64,000 nt of DNA from the human T2T-CHM13v2.0 reference genome, Homo sapiens. Both the position numbers and the translations under genes were made by a program. Positions 1 through 17,030 of the stretch are shown piece after piece (position 1 is the first letter of the stretch; every line of letters begins with the position of its first letter). The stretch is taken from assembly GCF_009914755.1 (NCBI RefSeq), contig NC_060932.1, one strand, 5' to 3'. The notes below the pieces were generated by a model that was not told the origin of the DNA, ran no database searches, and saw nothing but the letters and a program-made list of their open reading frames with translations.

Positions 1-56
1 TCAGTACAGATTGAGGTGTCCCTCTAAATGAGATCCTTGAGATATGAAAGACAATT

Positions 57-357
57 CTTTTCTTTTTTTCTTTTTTTAAGATAGGGTCTTGCTCTGTCAC
101 CTAGGCTGGAGTGCAGTGGTGCAATCTCGGCTCACTGCAACCTCCGCCTCCTGTTTCAAGCGATCCACCCACCTCAGCCTCCCAGGTAACTGGGACTAAA
201 GGAATGCGCCGCCATGCCCAGCTCATTTTTGTATTTTTTGTAGAGATGGTGTCTCACTGTGTTGCCCAGGCTGGTCTCAAACTCCTCGATTCAAGCAATC
301 CTCTGACTTTGGAATCCCAAAGTGCTGGGATTACAGGTGTGAGCCACTGCAACCGGC
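57..357 (-). mobile_element. Alu (old, J/S-type)
   Basis: Poly-T followed by reverse-complement Alu dimer. Confidence 0.9.
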
Positions 358-1233
358 CTAGGATAATTCTTTCTGACATATCAGGTGGATCAGGAACGTT
401 GTGTCCTAAAGATTCAGCCTGAATAGCTTGAGTGTGTTTGGTTACAAACTTACTGAGGTATCCCAACTTTCAGGAGTCCTTACTCACCAGTTTCCACTAC
501 AGAGACTCTCGCTCTGCCTCCAATCTTTTTGCAGAGTTACAATTATTGTGGTACCCACCAAGATGGTGTTATAATGTAAGTGGTAGGTTTGTTCTTACGA
601 AGGTGGCTTTATACATTGATACTGGTTTCTAATAACAGCTACAATAGTTTTCCTATACTAAAGTGTGCCAGTTATTTCACAGATATTTTCTCTAAGCTGA
701 AAGCATACATCACATGGTACCCATGTCCCACGGTTGATCAGGAGAAGTGAGATTTTGTATATAAAGCACTTGGTAATGCACCCCTTTAGCATTCAGTGTT
801 TGCCAGCCCCTGTTCTTGCTCTTAACTTGATTCACTGCTACACAATATTTACCCCAATGTACATGCAGAAACTGAATTCCACACAGTGCTGTTATTTCAC
901 GGCTGTAGTGTTGCAACTCTGCATATAAGAACATAGCTAAACAATTTTCCTTTAAAACCTATCAGTGTCAGTGTCATTATAAACATACAGCTAAAATATT
1001 CTATTACCTGAATTAACTGAAGAGCTGGAATGTCAATCGACCTATATATTTCTCCTGACTTTAGAATATACATGTTTTGATTATCAATTTTTATTGCTGG
1101 CAGAGAGAATTATATAATAATTATGCTAAGTGATAGACACTATTCTGAGAGTAGGCTTACTCATGGTTAAACTAGAAAATATTAATAATAAATAATAAGA
1201 GAAAAATGACTACTCTTGCCATACATTAGATTA

Positions 1234-1609
<376 letters not shown>

Positions 1610-2034
1610 TCATTGAAAAACTTCTACTTAATAGTTTTTAAAACTTACTTAAATGTTTTATTTTGGTGCCTTATCTACCTAGCCCAAAGAGGGCATTAAT
1701 GATGACTTATACTGAATGATGAGAACAGTTTGCAGGGTAGCAGGTGCACATACAGAAGCAGATTCAATTACTGGCTGCCAGGAGAGGACTTTCAAAGAGA
1801 CAGTGTTGATATTTTGCCCCTAGAATGCTCTGTGCATAGTTATTGGGAACGCATATATTTTGAAATAAAACAATTGTGAAAAATACAATGCTTAGCTTTG
1901 AAAGAGTACATTATCACTTAAAAGCTGTTTCCAAATGGTGACGAAGATGACCAACATGCATGATTTAATATGAATAGTATGATTCACAAACTGAGTGAGG
2001 AAAACATGGGTACAAAGTGAGGGCTTTGGCTTTA

Positions 2035-2241
<207 letters not shown>

Positions 2242-5200
2242 TTATATGATGTAAACAATATTCTTATCATTTGAATAACCAAAGTTTATTTCTATTGCTC
2301 TCCTTCTGTAGAAATGAACAAAGACTTCAACTCTTTCTCTTGTTATTCTACCAAGAAGACTTTGAGTACCTTTAAATCAGAGCTATGAGTTAATTGTTAA
2401 AAATTAAATTATCTTATTTTCATTACACAATGAATCAAGGCTTTGATTTCAATAACAAAATTTGTTACTTCCACATTGAGTATAGAAGATCCCAACTTCA
2501 ATATATACATATTGTAAAAAGTCTCTTCAAAAATTGTGTTTTTATGATATGTAAAACTCCAGGATATTGCCCTCTTACTTTTGTTTTTCAAGCATACTTA
2601 GCAGTCTTTATATAAAAAAATTATGTGTGAATCTTGGAATTCTGTTCTTCTACAAAAAAAAAAAAGAGAAAAAATATTTTATATTCAATCTCTCTCTCTC
2701 TTTCTCTTAAAGACAACAAAAAAGGATCTCATGAACAGTCTGTTCTTCATTAAACAGAAACAATATTTACAGAACCTAAAGCTGTAATCCTGCACTTTCC
2801 TAGATGAATTGCATTCAGTTAAGACACTCACAGATTTTTTTAAAGGCATCATATAATACTGGAACTCAGCCTAAGGTATCAGATAAACGAATTCTAAAAC
2901 ACTGAAACCTCTCTGTATAAATCCTTATCATAAGAATAAACAAGATATGCAGCTACCATATTTTGTAGAATCAAAAATTGATTTTGGTTTATCAAAAGGT
3001 ACAAACTTTCCATTATGAGATGAGCAAGTTCTGAGGATCTAAAGTGTACAGCATTGGATGTTGATGGATATATTAATTTCATTTAATTAAAAAATGCATT
3101 TGAAATGGTGCTAAGGGCTTGTTGAATACAAATAATTTATTCCATTATTCTAACATGTCATGAAGAAATAGTGGAGAAAGGCTTCTCTTGGTAGGCCAGC
3201 TTCACATTCTTTATGGGGCCTTGGATTCGCACTTTAGTTCTTGTACTTCACAACAACAGGAGAGAACTTATCAGATTACTTAATTGACTGGGACTCTCAG
3301 AAAGGAAGCTGGGGTGGAGGAGGTGAGTAGGACTTTAGTTAATCAGAAGGAAAAAAAAAAAAACAGCAGGAGAACAGGTCCACTCAGGGGCAGTCCCATG
3401 CTAGTGGTCCCCAGGCACAGAGAGGACGCAGCTGCCTGCACTGCCCATGGGCCGGTCCCCACGCGGGGCTCTGCCCTGAAGCCAGTCAGCTTTCCCTGCT
3501 TCATCTGCTTCATGCCTGCTCCACGTCTCACCAGACTTCACTTTCCGAAAAAGAAAAAAAAAAAAAAGCACAAGTGCAAAGATAAAATGATTAAGAACTT
3601 CAAAACCAGCGGCCACCAAGCACGAGACCCAGTGTGACTCACGCAGTGCCCACTCAGGAAGCAGCTGTGGGTCGAAGCTACAGAGTCAGCAGCAAGGTCA
3701 AGGGAAACCCTGGGTCATCCCTGCATGGCTGTCACTGTGCCAGACGCATTATACTAACTCCAGTCCCCACCAGACCCTCATAGCCAGGCTCCTTGTGTCT
3801 GATATTAAACAAAAGGCAAAGTGAAGTCAGCCTGGCTGCAGAGTTGCACAGGTCGGTGTGTCCATGTATATGAGCCTGATCTCTCATGCGTGTTGAGCTA
3901 ACAGTACACTTCCTCCACTGCCTGGATGATGGAGCCTGTAAGAGATGTGTTCACCAGTGCCGACCCCAGATCTGCTGAGTCGGAGGCAACACCATCCCAA
4001 ATCCTTCACCAGCTTGCCGAGTGTTTCCCCAAATCTGAGAGGGCGAAATGGAGAGAGAGAAGTGTCTTCATCTTACAGTACCGTGATTGTTCATTTGAGA
4101 ATCCCATGCTACGGAATCCAGGTCAGAATGGAAAGCAGTGGTACATAAACTAGTTGAGTAATGTCAGGCCACAGAACCCATTGATTCTGTATAGAATGAG
4201 TAGGTAGGAGGAGTGCCACGAACTTTTTCTAAGTTGAAATAGATTTTTCCTTAAATGGCTGCATTTTTAGAAGTATGAAGTACCATAAGCATTAAGCAGC
4301 AATATACTTTATTCCTACCACAGATTTTCAAGCCATTGGGGCTTTACATAGAAGATAAAACTGCTAAATATGAAAAAATATATACAATCACTTAGGCCTT
4401 TAACTTCTTTTACTAATGTAAGTCTAAAATCTTTTGTTTTAACTTTAGAACATAGATTACTACATTTAAATCCCATCTTTTCTTTCCTACCACATATTAG
4501 CAAGGTCATCTACCATACATCTCTGAGTTTTTTATTTCCCCCTGAAAAAAATGTATACTTAAAATACTAGGTAAATTTTAACTACAGTCGGGAATACTAA
4601 AAATCTACTTTAGGGTGATACTAAGTCATCGTCATTCTGAGATACTTCAAGGACACACCAGGTGACACAGAACGAAGAATATCGATTACAAAAACAGGTT
4701 CCAAATATCAAGACAAAATATTTTGAAATGAAAAGTGAAACATTACAATTCATATTAAAGGCCAGTTACTAAACTTGCATGTTTTACCCATAAGATATGA
4801 TGTGTTTTTATTATATATTGATTTATATGCAGTTATTACATATTGATTTATTGTCATTTTCTCCTTTCTTGAATTCTATTCAATTGATCCTCTGGGGAAA
4901 AAAAAATTGCATTTATATCTGGCCTTTAAGGAATTATAATTAATTTATAATTAATTATAAATAAATGAATAAAATAAAAACACACAAAAATACCATTTTG
5001 ACCGGTGTTTAACATGGCCAGACTCAGGAAGCAGTTCTATGCAGAGCACAATATTTGAAATGTAAAAAGAACCATCTTTTCTTCTCCCTTCGCCAGTGTC
5101 ACTACACACCCAGTATATGTTAGAAGCTAAGAATGCAAAGAGATTAATACCTGGTATGTGTAAGAATATTTTTTATCAATATTATTTAAACCTGCTACTA

Positions 5201-5331
5201 TATTAAAAGGAGTGACAAAGTGCATAAGCGATTGATATGATCAGAGCCCAAGTATTTTCCATACTTTGCATTTCTCTCATAAAGATGCACTAATTCGCTT
5301 GCAACACTAGGAGTAATTCAAGTCATCATGA

Positions 5332-5640
<309 letters not shown>

Positions 5641-6141
5641 GAACGGTGGTTTTTTGTTGGTAAAGGTGTGTCAGATGCAGGGGCAGAAGACAGCTAGGCT
5701 TGACATACAGGACAGTGATGGGGATGTTAAAATAGGGCAAGAGTGGAGCACAGGAGAACTCTGAGCTTTTTGGGAATGCGGTGAAACCTTCTGAGAGAGA
5801 AATCAACCATCTACAGAATGGCTCCGAAACAGAAAAGCCAGAAAGGAGGTGGGGGAATGTAGACAATAACATAGAAGACAAGGCAGTGAACCTTCTGACC
5901 TTTAGGGGACAGAAGGTCGTCTATTGATGAATTTTTGGTACAGAAAAAATTAGACTATTTATATTTATTCACTGTATTAGTCAAAATGTGAAACAAATAT
6001 GATATGATAGGAAGTAGGCAGGGTGGTGTTTGGTAATAAATATGAACTGTGTAGAAGGTAAGCTTGAGTCTATACATGTATACATAATTCTCTTTTTAGA
6101 CTTTTAAAAAGAATCATGTACTTTAAAAAAAAAGAATTTTA

Positions 6142-6505
<364 letters not shown>

Positions 6506-6939
6506 TCAACAAGTCTGCCTTTCCTGAAGTGTTTTAGAAGAACGATGTTTGCATTGATTGAAAGTGATCTCTCATATTGTCAAGCCAGGGGTAGCAGTAT
6601 CATATAAATAATGGGCAAACCTATAGAAATAGACATTTATAAGTATTTATATAGACACAAAACATAGGTATCTAGGAAGACATATACAAATAAAAAGAAT
6701 TATTTATTCTTAAGGCAGACTAAAAAGAACTCACAAAACGTAACTATGATAGGAAAATTCTAGATTAATTTTCCAGAAGCAGAGATATCTGGGAAAAAGT
6801 AAGCTGTCTTATTGTTTAGGAAAATTTTCAAGAGAAATAATTTGTACTTCTTTCAAATCACAGCATACATATGCTTCATACCATAAATGATAATATATCA
6901 TATGGGGTGAAGCAATGCTTCTTTAAAAGGTGGTTCACA

Positions 6940-7258
<319 letters not shown>

Positions 7259-7261
7259 CTA

Positions 7262-7318
7262 TTAGGTTGGCTATCACTTTTAATGGCAAAAACCACAATT
7301 ATTTTTGTGCCAACCTAA
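7262..7318. mobile_element. MADE1 (Hsmar1-derived MITE) with internal deletion of the left arm
   Basis: TA-TTAGGTTGG…TTAATGGCAAAAACCACAATTATTTTTGTGCCAACCTAA-TA matches MADE1 termini and TA TSD. Confidence 0.85.
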
Positions 7319-9189
7319 TACATGACTCTGAATGCCCAGGTGCCCTGATTAAATGTGAAGACAACATAAAGGTAATTCTTGTGCAATCTACACATTTAAA
7401 AACACTTAAACAAGAAAGAACAAAACGCAGGCATTGGGAAAGGAGGTGGGTCTTATGTACTGTAGTGTTTTATACAATATTATCCACTGATACATTTTGT
7501 GTTCAATTCCAATGTTAAAATTTGGACATTTACAAAGATGCTTCTATGTAAAATTGCAATTAGATGTAGAATGTAGCAAGAGAAGTTTTTAAACCCCATG
7601 AATCCAGCCTATGAAAGCAAAGAATCTAAAACACAGCCATTAAGAAGATGAGTGTCCTAATTTGACCAAAAACACTTTAATGGCTTCACCTACCACTGAT
7701 CATAAAACGTGAGCATTAAGAATCAGAATATAACAATCAGCCTCATCAGGTCCCTGGAATTTATTGTAGCCATTTTTCTAAATCCATCAGGCAAAATTCT
7801 GAGAATAGTTTGCTTAAATCTTCCAGATAAAAATGATTTTAGAACACATGATAAACATGCAATTTTAATCAAATACTTAAAACAGGACAAATGGGACTTT
7901 TGTAGATATTATGAACTGAAATGACCTTGGGCAATTTTCCTCAACTGTGCATGACTGGCAGAGTGTAAGGTTTTCAAACATCACAATTAGAAAAAAAAAA
8001 AAAAGATATTTCAAACTAGAGAGCTCAAAACAAAAAAGTTGATAAGCAGAGAGTGAGGGAAGCAGACCCATGTGAAGAGATTAATAGAGGAGTAGCATGA
8101 AACAGGGTCAAGAAATCAAAATACAGGCGCATACAGACACCTGAGTATTCAACGCCCAGGTAGACCATGAACACTATGTGGAACGTAAGTGGTTATTCTC
8201 TAATTTTGAAAAGACAACAACTTGTTGGCTGTAGTGTTTATTGTAATTGACTACATAATTATTCTCTGGCACACGACACACAGATGAAAATTCCTCTTTT
8301 TCTAGATGCGCACAGGTATGGCACACCCTAACACAGAGGTGCTGCTCGTTATTTTTGTTAACTCTTAATTCGAAAAATCGCATTAAAGTTGAGATAATGT
8401 GCTGGAACATAGGGGAAGAAAGAAATCAAGTCACCCAAGGAGACATCATGTGAGCCTGACAATGGAGGAAGTAAATGTCAAATGCCATGATTATAGACAG
8501 CTATAAATGTGGACCTCTGCACCCAGACTTCTATGTCACAGTGTGTAAGGAGTCAGTAAGTCTTCATCACACACACACACACACACACAAATATATATAT
8601 ATATGGAAAACGCCATTAATAACATAGTACCTTATGAAAAGAAAAGAAACTGTTTTATTTATCATCTGGGAAATTTAGATTGTAGAGGTAAAAAGATTTT
8701 GTCTCATCTGTAAACTGTTGGCAGGTTTGACACATATCTTAAATGCTATTTCTATTATTTCCACTTGTTACATCCTGCAGTCTCTTCAAAGCATAAAGGA
8801 GTGCATGTCTGGTGACAAGGGAAGTGACAAAATACCTTTAGGGGAAGTAAAATGTTCTCTCTCTCTCTCTCTCAGGGGCTCACAAATTATATTAGCATTT
8901 TACTGGTGCAGAGAAACTCTGCAGTGATGAACTCTCATCAAGTTTATTTAATACATGGTTTCCAAAATTTCTCTGGTCACAGGACTATTTTGGTCTACGT
9001 ACCACCCACCAACAACCTGGACCAGTATCCTCATTCATGGGCAGATGGTAAGTAATGTATTCAAGGTCATAAGCCAGGAAATGACATAGCCTCTGCATTA
9101 CACATGTGCAGGAATCATGCATCTCAGTGAATTACAGACTCCACCCCAAACAGTACAGCCCTGTTTACATCCTAGGAGAAACCAGAGGA

Positions 9190-9617
9190 GACAAGTTTCA
9201 GGACTTTGGATTTGGCATTGATTTTTTGATAGGAGACCACAGTCACAGGTAACAAAAGCAAAAATATACAAATGTGACTACATCAAACATGAAAAAGAAA
9301 ACAATGGAGTGAAAAGTCTACATTCTGCTGCTAAGTGAAATAAGCCAGTATCAAAAAAAAGACAAATATTGTATGATTCCACTCATATAAACTATCTCTA
9401 GTAGTCGAAATCATAGAAAAAAAAAAGGAAATGTGGTTGCCTAGGGCTAGGAGTAGCAAACAGACAGAATTAGTGTTTAATGAGTGCAGAGTTTTGCAAG
9501 ATGTGAACATTGTAGAGATTGGCTACAAAACAATGTGCATATACTTAATACCACTGAACTGTACGCTTAACAATAGTTAACATGATGTCATGTTATTTAT
9601 ATTTTTATCACAATAGA
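9190..9617 (+). mobile_element. Old L1 (L1M-type) 3' fragments
   Basis: AGTGAAATAAGCCAG…GACAAATATTGTATGATTCCACT…ACCACTGAACTGTAC typical of L1MB 3' ends. Confidence 0.75.
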
Positions 9618-9678
9618 AAGGACTGAGGAGCCCGCTGAGTCTAGAGCTAGAAATATAGCACAAGTTGAACAAGGCACC

Positions 9679-10512
<834 letters not shown>

Positions 10513-13500
10513 TAAGTCTTTTGTTTACAGCTCTCTCATTCTGTAGCATGAGCTCCTAAAGATTGATCTTGAATGGCCATTGTGAATTTAATTTTTAATT
10601 AATCCATGGATCATGCACAACTGTAGGAAATACAAAGCAGTTCATAAATATGTGAAGATCAAAAATTGTTCACACTTTAAAATAGTGAACTGTGTAAGTT
10701 TGTATTTAAAATGGACTATTGAAAACAAGATATGGTCACAGAATCTACCCCTGATTTCTTTAAAGCATTTTCCCACTGATTGGACATTATTACCTAATAA
10801 TTACATCACATGAAAAGAAACGAGTCAACACACTTGGGTGATGAACTAGTTGCCACATGATTTAGAAATGCCATAATAAAGCGGGCACACAATGTTGAAC
10901 CACTGAAGGATTTTTAGCCGGATATAATTAATGATCTGCTCAAAGTGACATTTTGGAATAAATCTGAGCATGGTGTTGTGTTGAAAAAAGTCAAGGACAG
11001 AAAGATCACTTGAAATTTATGATTATAGTTCATGAGAATGACAAGATTTGGGGAAACAGATATTTTAAAATGAGAAATAAACAAGTGCCCCAATCAGATA
11101 GTGTTAAAAAGGCTTGAATGCCAATTATAGATCCTTTATAAAGTATCGCATGACTTCCTGGTGAACTGTGATAGAAGCACTGGGAAAGAAAGCTTCTACT
11201 TCATTTTTACTTATTCAACAGGAAGTAAAGAATAGACAACCTGGTGACAGAAAGTGGGGGGACTCCAAGCAGCCCAGCCTGATTTCCACTTCAAATACTA
11301 TTTCCCTTTTTAACACTCAAAACTTTACTCACCACCCATCTCAATCCCACTGACATGTCTAAAGTCCACTCCCCTGTGTCTAGAGCCTTGATCAAAAGTA
11401 TGACAGGACTGAGGTTTTCATAAATGATGAGTTGGTGGTTGGCTAAGTCACAGAGCCACTAGTCATTACTTATTCCATGTCTAGACTCTTTATTCCCTAG
11501 TTACTTACCATGAAACATTTGCAAGACCTACTGTAGAACAGAGAATTCTTTCAAGTTTTAACATCCAAGACATAAATTTGGTAGAAAAACATCATGAATT
11601 CTAAAGTGAGTAAGAATATCCTGAAACCAAAGGAATTATTTAAAAAAATAGAATAATCATAATTTTCAAGTGAGCACAACTTGTCAATGAGACAATATAC
11701 TTCTATATCTAGCTCTCTATTGAAATACATGCTTTGTAGTATCATCCTTTAGATTTATCCATTATTTGGGAATAGAGGATATAAGTGTGCTCAGATAGTG
11801 CCAGTTTAATACTTGTTAAATAGTTTGCATCCTGTGTCTCTATATTTGGGTTCAGAAACCCACTGTGACTCAACAGTTTTCCCTTTCTGTAGCATGCTTC
11901 TGTTTCCAAAGGCTAGACTTACCTAAATGATATTATATTTAATGAAAGTAAACTCACTCAAAAACTAAAGGATCTACAAAATCCTGAGAATTCCCTTATG
12001 CAGTAAATCGAGCTCCTTGCCTGTCTCAGAACCATGTAAAATCAATGACTTCCAATTATTCTTAGAATAAATCCTGGGCTACAACGTACTGCGCACTGTG
12101 GCTCTTGCCCCCTTTTTCAACCTTCTTTCCTTTTCTTCTTTGTCTTCCTTTTCTGACTGCTCACAGCCCTTCCTTGTTCTACATTTTTGTTTGTTTTGTT
12201 TCACAAATGTGCTGGGTTCTTTTCCACCTGGGGTCTCTGTATTGATATTTTGCTTTGGCTACAGCGTTTTTTTCCTAAGTGTTTTTATGGCTGACTAATG
12301 CTCATTTTTTTTCTAGGGATACTTTTAATCTGAGGCATTGCTGTCATCTGCATCTCAGAACCCCGCCAATTTGCTTCAAGGTGCTTATCATAACCTATAA
12401 CCAGATTTAGGTGTTTTCTTTCTAATTGTGCCCCCACCTCAAGAATTTAAATTTGAAATTAGCAGAGACCACATTGATCTTGTTGTCTGGTTGTGACTCT
12501 ACTTACAGAGTCAAGAGGGCAGGGCGAGACATGTGAGTGGAGTGTGTATAATTGGTGGTGCACGTAGGGAACCTACAGGACACTTAAGGGGGGCAGAGAA
12601 GGGGAATGGAGAAAGAATCACCCTCAGGGGAGGTGGGAGGAAGGCCCACATGCACTCTGTGAAGGTCATTCCTAAAGAAAAACAAACCAAACATCGTCTC
12701 CCATGAGGCACAAGGGCAGTTGAACCCAATGGCAATTGTCAGTTTCCATTGAAACCCTTTCCCACATGGGCAACATTCTAAAACAACAGTGGAGTGAGAA
12801 GCGGCAATATTTATCTCATGATTGATGATTTTCTGAAGCAATAAGCAGGAGGTCAGCTTGGAAGTACGTGACGTTACTGATAGGACCTACCACTGAAATA
12901 ACTGAGGTAATCCTAAGTGGCTGTCCCAAGAAGTGATTGTAGGATAAGTCCACCCCTACCCCTGCCTTGTCAAATACATTAGAACTTGAAACTCCAAAGA
13001 CTTGTGGAGGACAACTTGATTTCAATCACTTTATTTAGGAAGGAAGTCAACTGAAGCACCATGTGATTACGTAATTTATTTGGCACCTGTCCCTTACACT
13101 GAGTAATTGTTAAAACGCCAAAATATCACCAGTAGGAGTAAAATTTTAATCTGTTATTAGTTTTTTGTGTTACACTCAACACACAAATAAATATTGAATG
13201 CCTAAAGTAATATTGTAGAAGTGACTTCACATTCCCAGACGAGGCTCTGGAATTCTCTGTGATGTAAGACAGAAGCCAGAATTTACATTGTTTTAGATAT
13301 TTCCATGGTCCTTGGTGCACTTAGAACAGTAGGGATGAGAGAGACATGAATAATCTTTGATTGATATTAATGAAAGCAATTTTAATAGGACGCAGGAATG
13401 CATTGTTTGTGGCCAAACTGTGAAGTTGAAGGTGGGTCTTAGGAAAATTTTTTGAAATGAATATGTGGAAAAAGATCTTATGGAGTAATTAATGTAGAAA

Positions 13501-14147
13501 TAAATGCAGTAAGTGTCTTAACATGAGGCAATGAAGATTAGTTATTACACTATTGGATGAATGCTGGTTTATATGGTCCTTCCTCTGTTGGAGGTAGTAA
13601 GCTCTCGTCTCAGTGCACAGAATGAAATCTCTGTAAACACACTCGCTATATTGGAGTTCTGCTTTCTCTATTTATCATGTTTCCTGTGATGTTACTCATG
13701 TTCACCAAAATTCCAATTAAGAACTCTCCTCAGTAGTGTTAATGTAATATTAAAGTGCCATTAAAGCATGTATTAATAATTTGAATGTGCTTATAAGGAT
13801 TATTGTAATTATAGGGGCTAATCCAAGTTATCTGTATTCAATTATGGCAACGTCCTGCCAAAAATGTTGAGTATGTTTCATTTCAAAGGACATAAGGCAT
13901 TTTCCAGAATTTTAATCCTCATTTAGATACTTCCTTCTAAGTACCTGTTTTGAGATGAGGAAATGAAATGGAGCTCATACATCAGTGAAAACAAGAATTA
14001 AGGAAGTATTTTAATGGCACATTCATAAGAAACGTGACTTCACAGTAATATTCTATTGACCAGTGTAATCATCAGCACAGCGAACTGCAGAAATTAATTC
14101 AGTTAGTTATATTATGTTCCCAAAATTATATCAGAAATTGAGACAGA

Positions 14148-14472
<325 letters not shown>

Positions 14473-15339
14473 TCACTTCTATATTTTCTAGAAAAATTTT
14501 TAAAAGACTATATTCTCACAAACCTTTTAGAATATAGAACTAAGAGCTTATCTCTCTTAATTACTGTTTTCTTTTCAAAAAGATAATTACGTAAGTAAAT
14601 ACCATTTCCTTTTATGATTTTATTGTCAGAACATTTAAAGCTAAATGTAAAGCCTAATAATAGCTATCTTAAAAATCTAGGTGGCTGATATATTTATAGC
14701 TTTCTCTTTGGTTGGGCTGCCTTTAAAATTTTTTCCATTAAATTTTTTTTTATTGTACACACTTTTTTTATGTTGCATCAAACACTTAAAGAGAAGGCAG
14801 TTTATCACTTTAAAAAATCTAGATATTCTTATTTTTTACATGTTTGACTATGTATTTTTTGAGTGAGATCTTATTTGTTCATGACATATTTTTTCACTAT
14901 ATAGCTAACTACCAATTATATAAATACATGCAAGAATGACTTAATCAGGTATAAGTTTTGAACTCAGTGCCTTTAAAATAGTAGTACTATATCACAAAAT
15001 TATCTACATATGTTAATAATTGCAAAATATAAAAGTGTGAATCAAATCAGGTAAAACAGTAAAATATTTATGTTTAGTTTATAACGATAAAATCATTTGA
15101 CTAAAGAAAAGTAATACTTTGAACATTCAACTATACTAAAAATGTAGAAACAATGTCTCCATTTTACTCCCACCTGGTAAAGAAATAGCGTCAATTCAAA
15201 TAATGAAAGAGTTGTTATATTTGTTTTCTTCCAATTACCTCTTTTTTCCTCATAACCACAAATCACTGATTCAACCTCCTACGTTATTCAGAATATATTG
15301 TAAATGTGATACTGCAATTTTTCTATCAGGATTTTCTAC

Positions 15340-15423
15340 TTCCACTTCCTTCTTTCCTTTCTTTCATCCCTCCCTTCCCTCCCTCCCTTCCTTCTTTCCT
15401 TCCTTCTTTTTCCTTTCCTTCCT

Positions 15424-15459
<36 letters not shown>

Positions 15460-15563
15460 TCCTTTTTTCCTTCCTTCCTTCCTTCCTTCTTCCCTCCCTC
15501 CCTCTCTCCCTCCCTGCCTTCCTTCCTTCCTTCCTTTTTGTCCTCCCTCCCTCCCTCCCTTCC
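15340..15563. repeat. Polypyrimidine (CCTT/CCCT)n tract containing (CCTG)8
   Basis: Read directly. Confidence 0.95.
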
Positions 15564-16705
15564 TGAGGTTGCCTTTGCCATGGGTTTCATGTTTGAGGCC
15601 CCGTTCCCTCTGCATAGGCTTCTGTATCTACGAGCAGAGCTTCAGACGTGGGAACATGGCTTCCACACTGGACCATGTCTACTGCTGGGCTACTATGTAA
15701 GAAAGAGTAACTTAAATTTGCTTTGCAGAATATATTAGTATTATATCTTATGGATTCTAAATATATTTTGTTAACTTCACTGGGTTTCCTAGTAGTGAAT
15801 GTGAATTAGGAGAAAAAGTAACCTTTTAAGAAAGGCAGTGAAATAAAAACCTTACATAGAATTACTTTGGAGCTATTTTGACTCAGTGGCATACATTAAC
15901 ACTAAAGAAGCTAGGATAACTGCAACAGTCTTTTGCTTGAGTTCAAACATACCAATTAGGTTTAGGATATTAATTTTGGATAGATGTCATTAGATGAGGT
16001 ATTGAATGTTTCACTGTCTTGTTAGAAGTAAGCTAAATTAGAAATAACTTGGAAAGACAGAAATACGTATAAGCTGAATCGTAATAATAGTCAAATTTAG
16101 TGAAGAAGGCCTGAAAGTGAAAAATATGATTATTAAACAAGTATTATTATATATTAAAATCAAAATACTTTCTATTGTAAGCCATCTCTAAATGGAAAGC
16201 AATTCTTAATTAGAGGGAACCATTCTGCTAATAATTAATCTTTAATGAGAATATACATTAAATTTAATTCTGTAATTTATCTGTGAACATCTCTGAATGT
16301 TTTCACAGTTATGATGAAATCCATCACTATATTAAAGTTATGTGGGGGACAGATAGATAGATCTCATTAAAAAGTGTGCATTCAAAAAAAACTTCTCCAC
16401 AGTTAACCTAAAAAATATTTTAGTATTGGTATAACTATCTTTGAACTAGGGCAATTTTCAAACCCCTAAGACCCTTAAAATCTCTAGAGTAATTTTAAAA
16501 CCTACTAGAGAAATTTTCAGATCCTTACATTGTAAAACCCCGTGAACTAGAACAATGCAAAAATCCCATCCACTTGGGATGTAGAGATCTGCAAAAAAGA
16601 ACATCCCTCCCACTTTAACAACGTAAAAATACTGAAGTATAAAATGATAGCTTTTCTTGAACCCATCAGGGAGCTGCGTGGCAGGTACCCTGGTGACCTC
16701 ATTTC

Positions 16706-17030
16706 CTTTTCTTTCTTTCTTTTTCTTTTTCTTTCTTTTTTTTTTTCTTGAGACAGGGTCTTGCTCTGTCTCCCAGGCTAAAGTGCAGTGGTGCAATCAT
16801 GGCTGTCTGTAGCCTCGGCCTCCTGGGCTCAACGGATCATCCCACCTCAGCCTCCTGTGTAGGTGGGACTACAGGTGAGGCCACCATGCCTGGCTAATTT
16901 TTGCAGTTTTTATAGAGATGAGGTTTTGCCATGTTGCCCAGGCTGGTCTTGAGCTTCTGGGCTCAAGCGATCCACTCACCACAGCCTCCCAAAGTGCTTG
17001 GATTATAAGCATGAGCAACCATGCCCAGCT
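16706..17030 (-). mobile_element. AluJ-like
   Basis: Reverse Alu; TGGTGACCTCATTTC on both flanks. Confidence 0.87.

Noticed and set aside
3380-4110. Moderately GC-rich stretch with an AP-1 site (TGACTCA 3635-3641) and E-boxes
   Set aside because: Short motifs at chance frequency; an enhancer cannot be supported from sequence alone.
15203-15700. 165-aa ORF and antisense Gly/Arg/Glu-rich ORFs
   Set aside because: Derived from the (CCTT/CCTG)n simple repeat.
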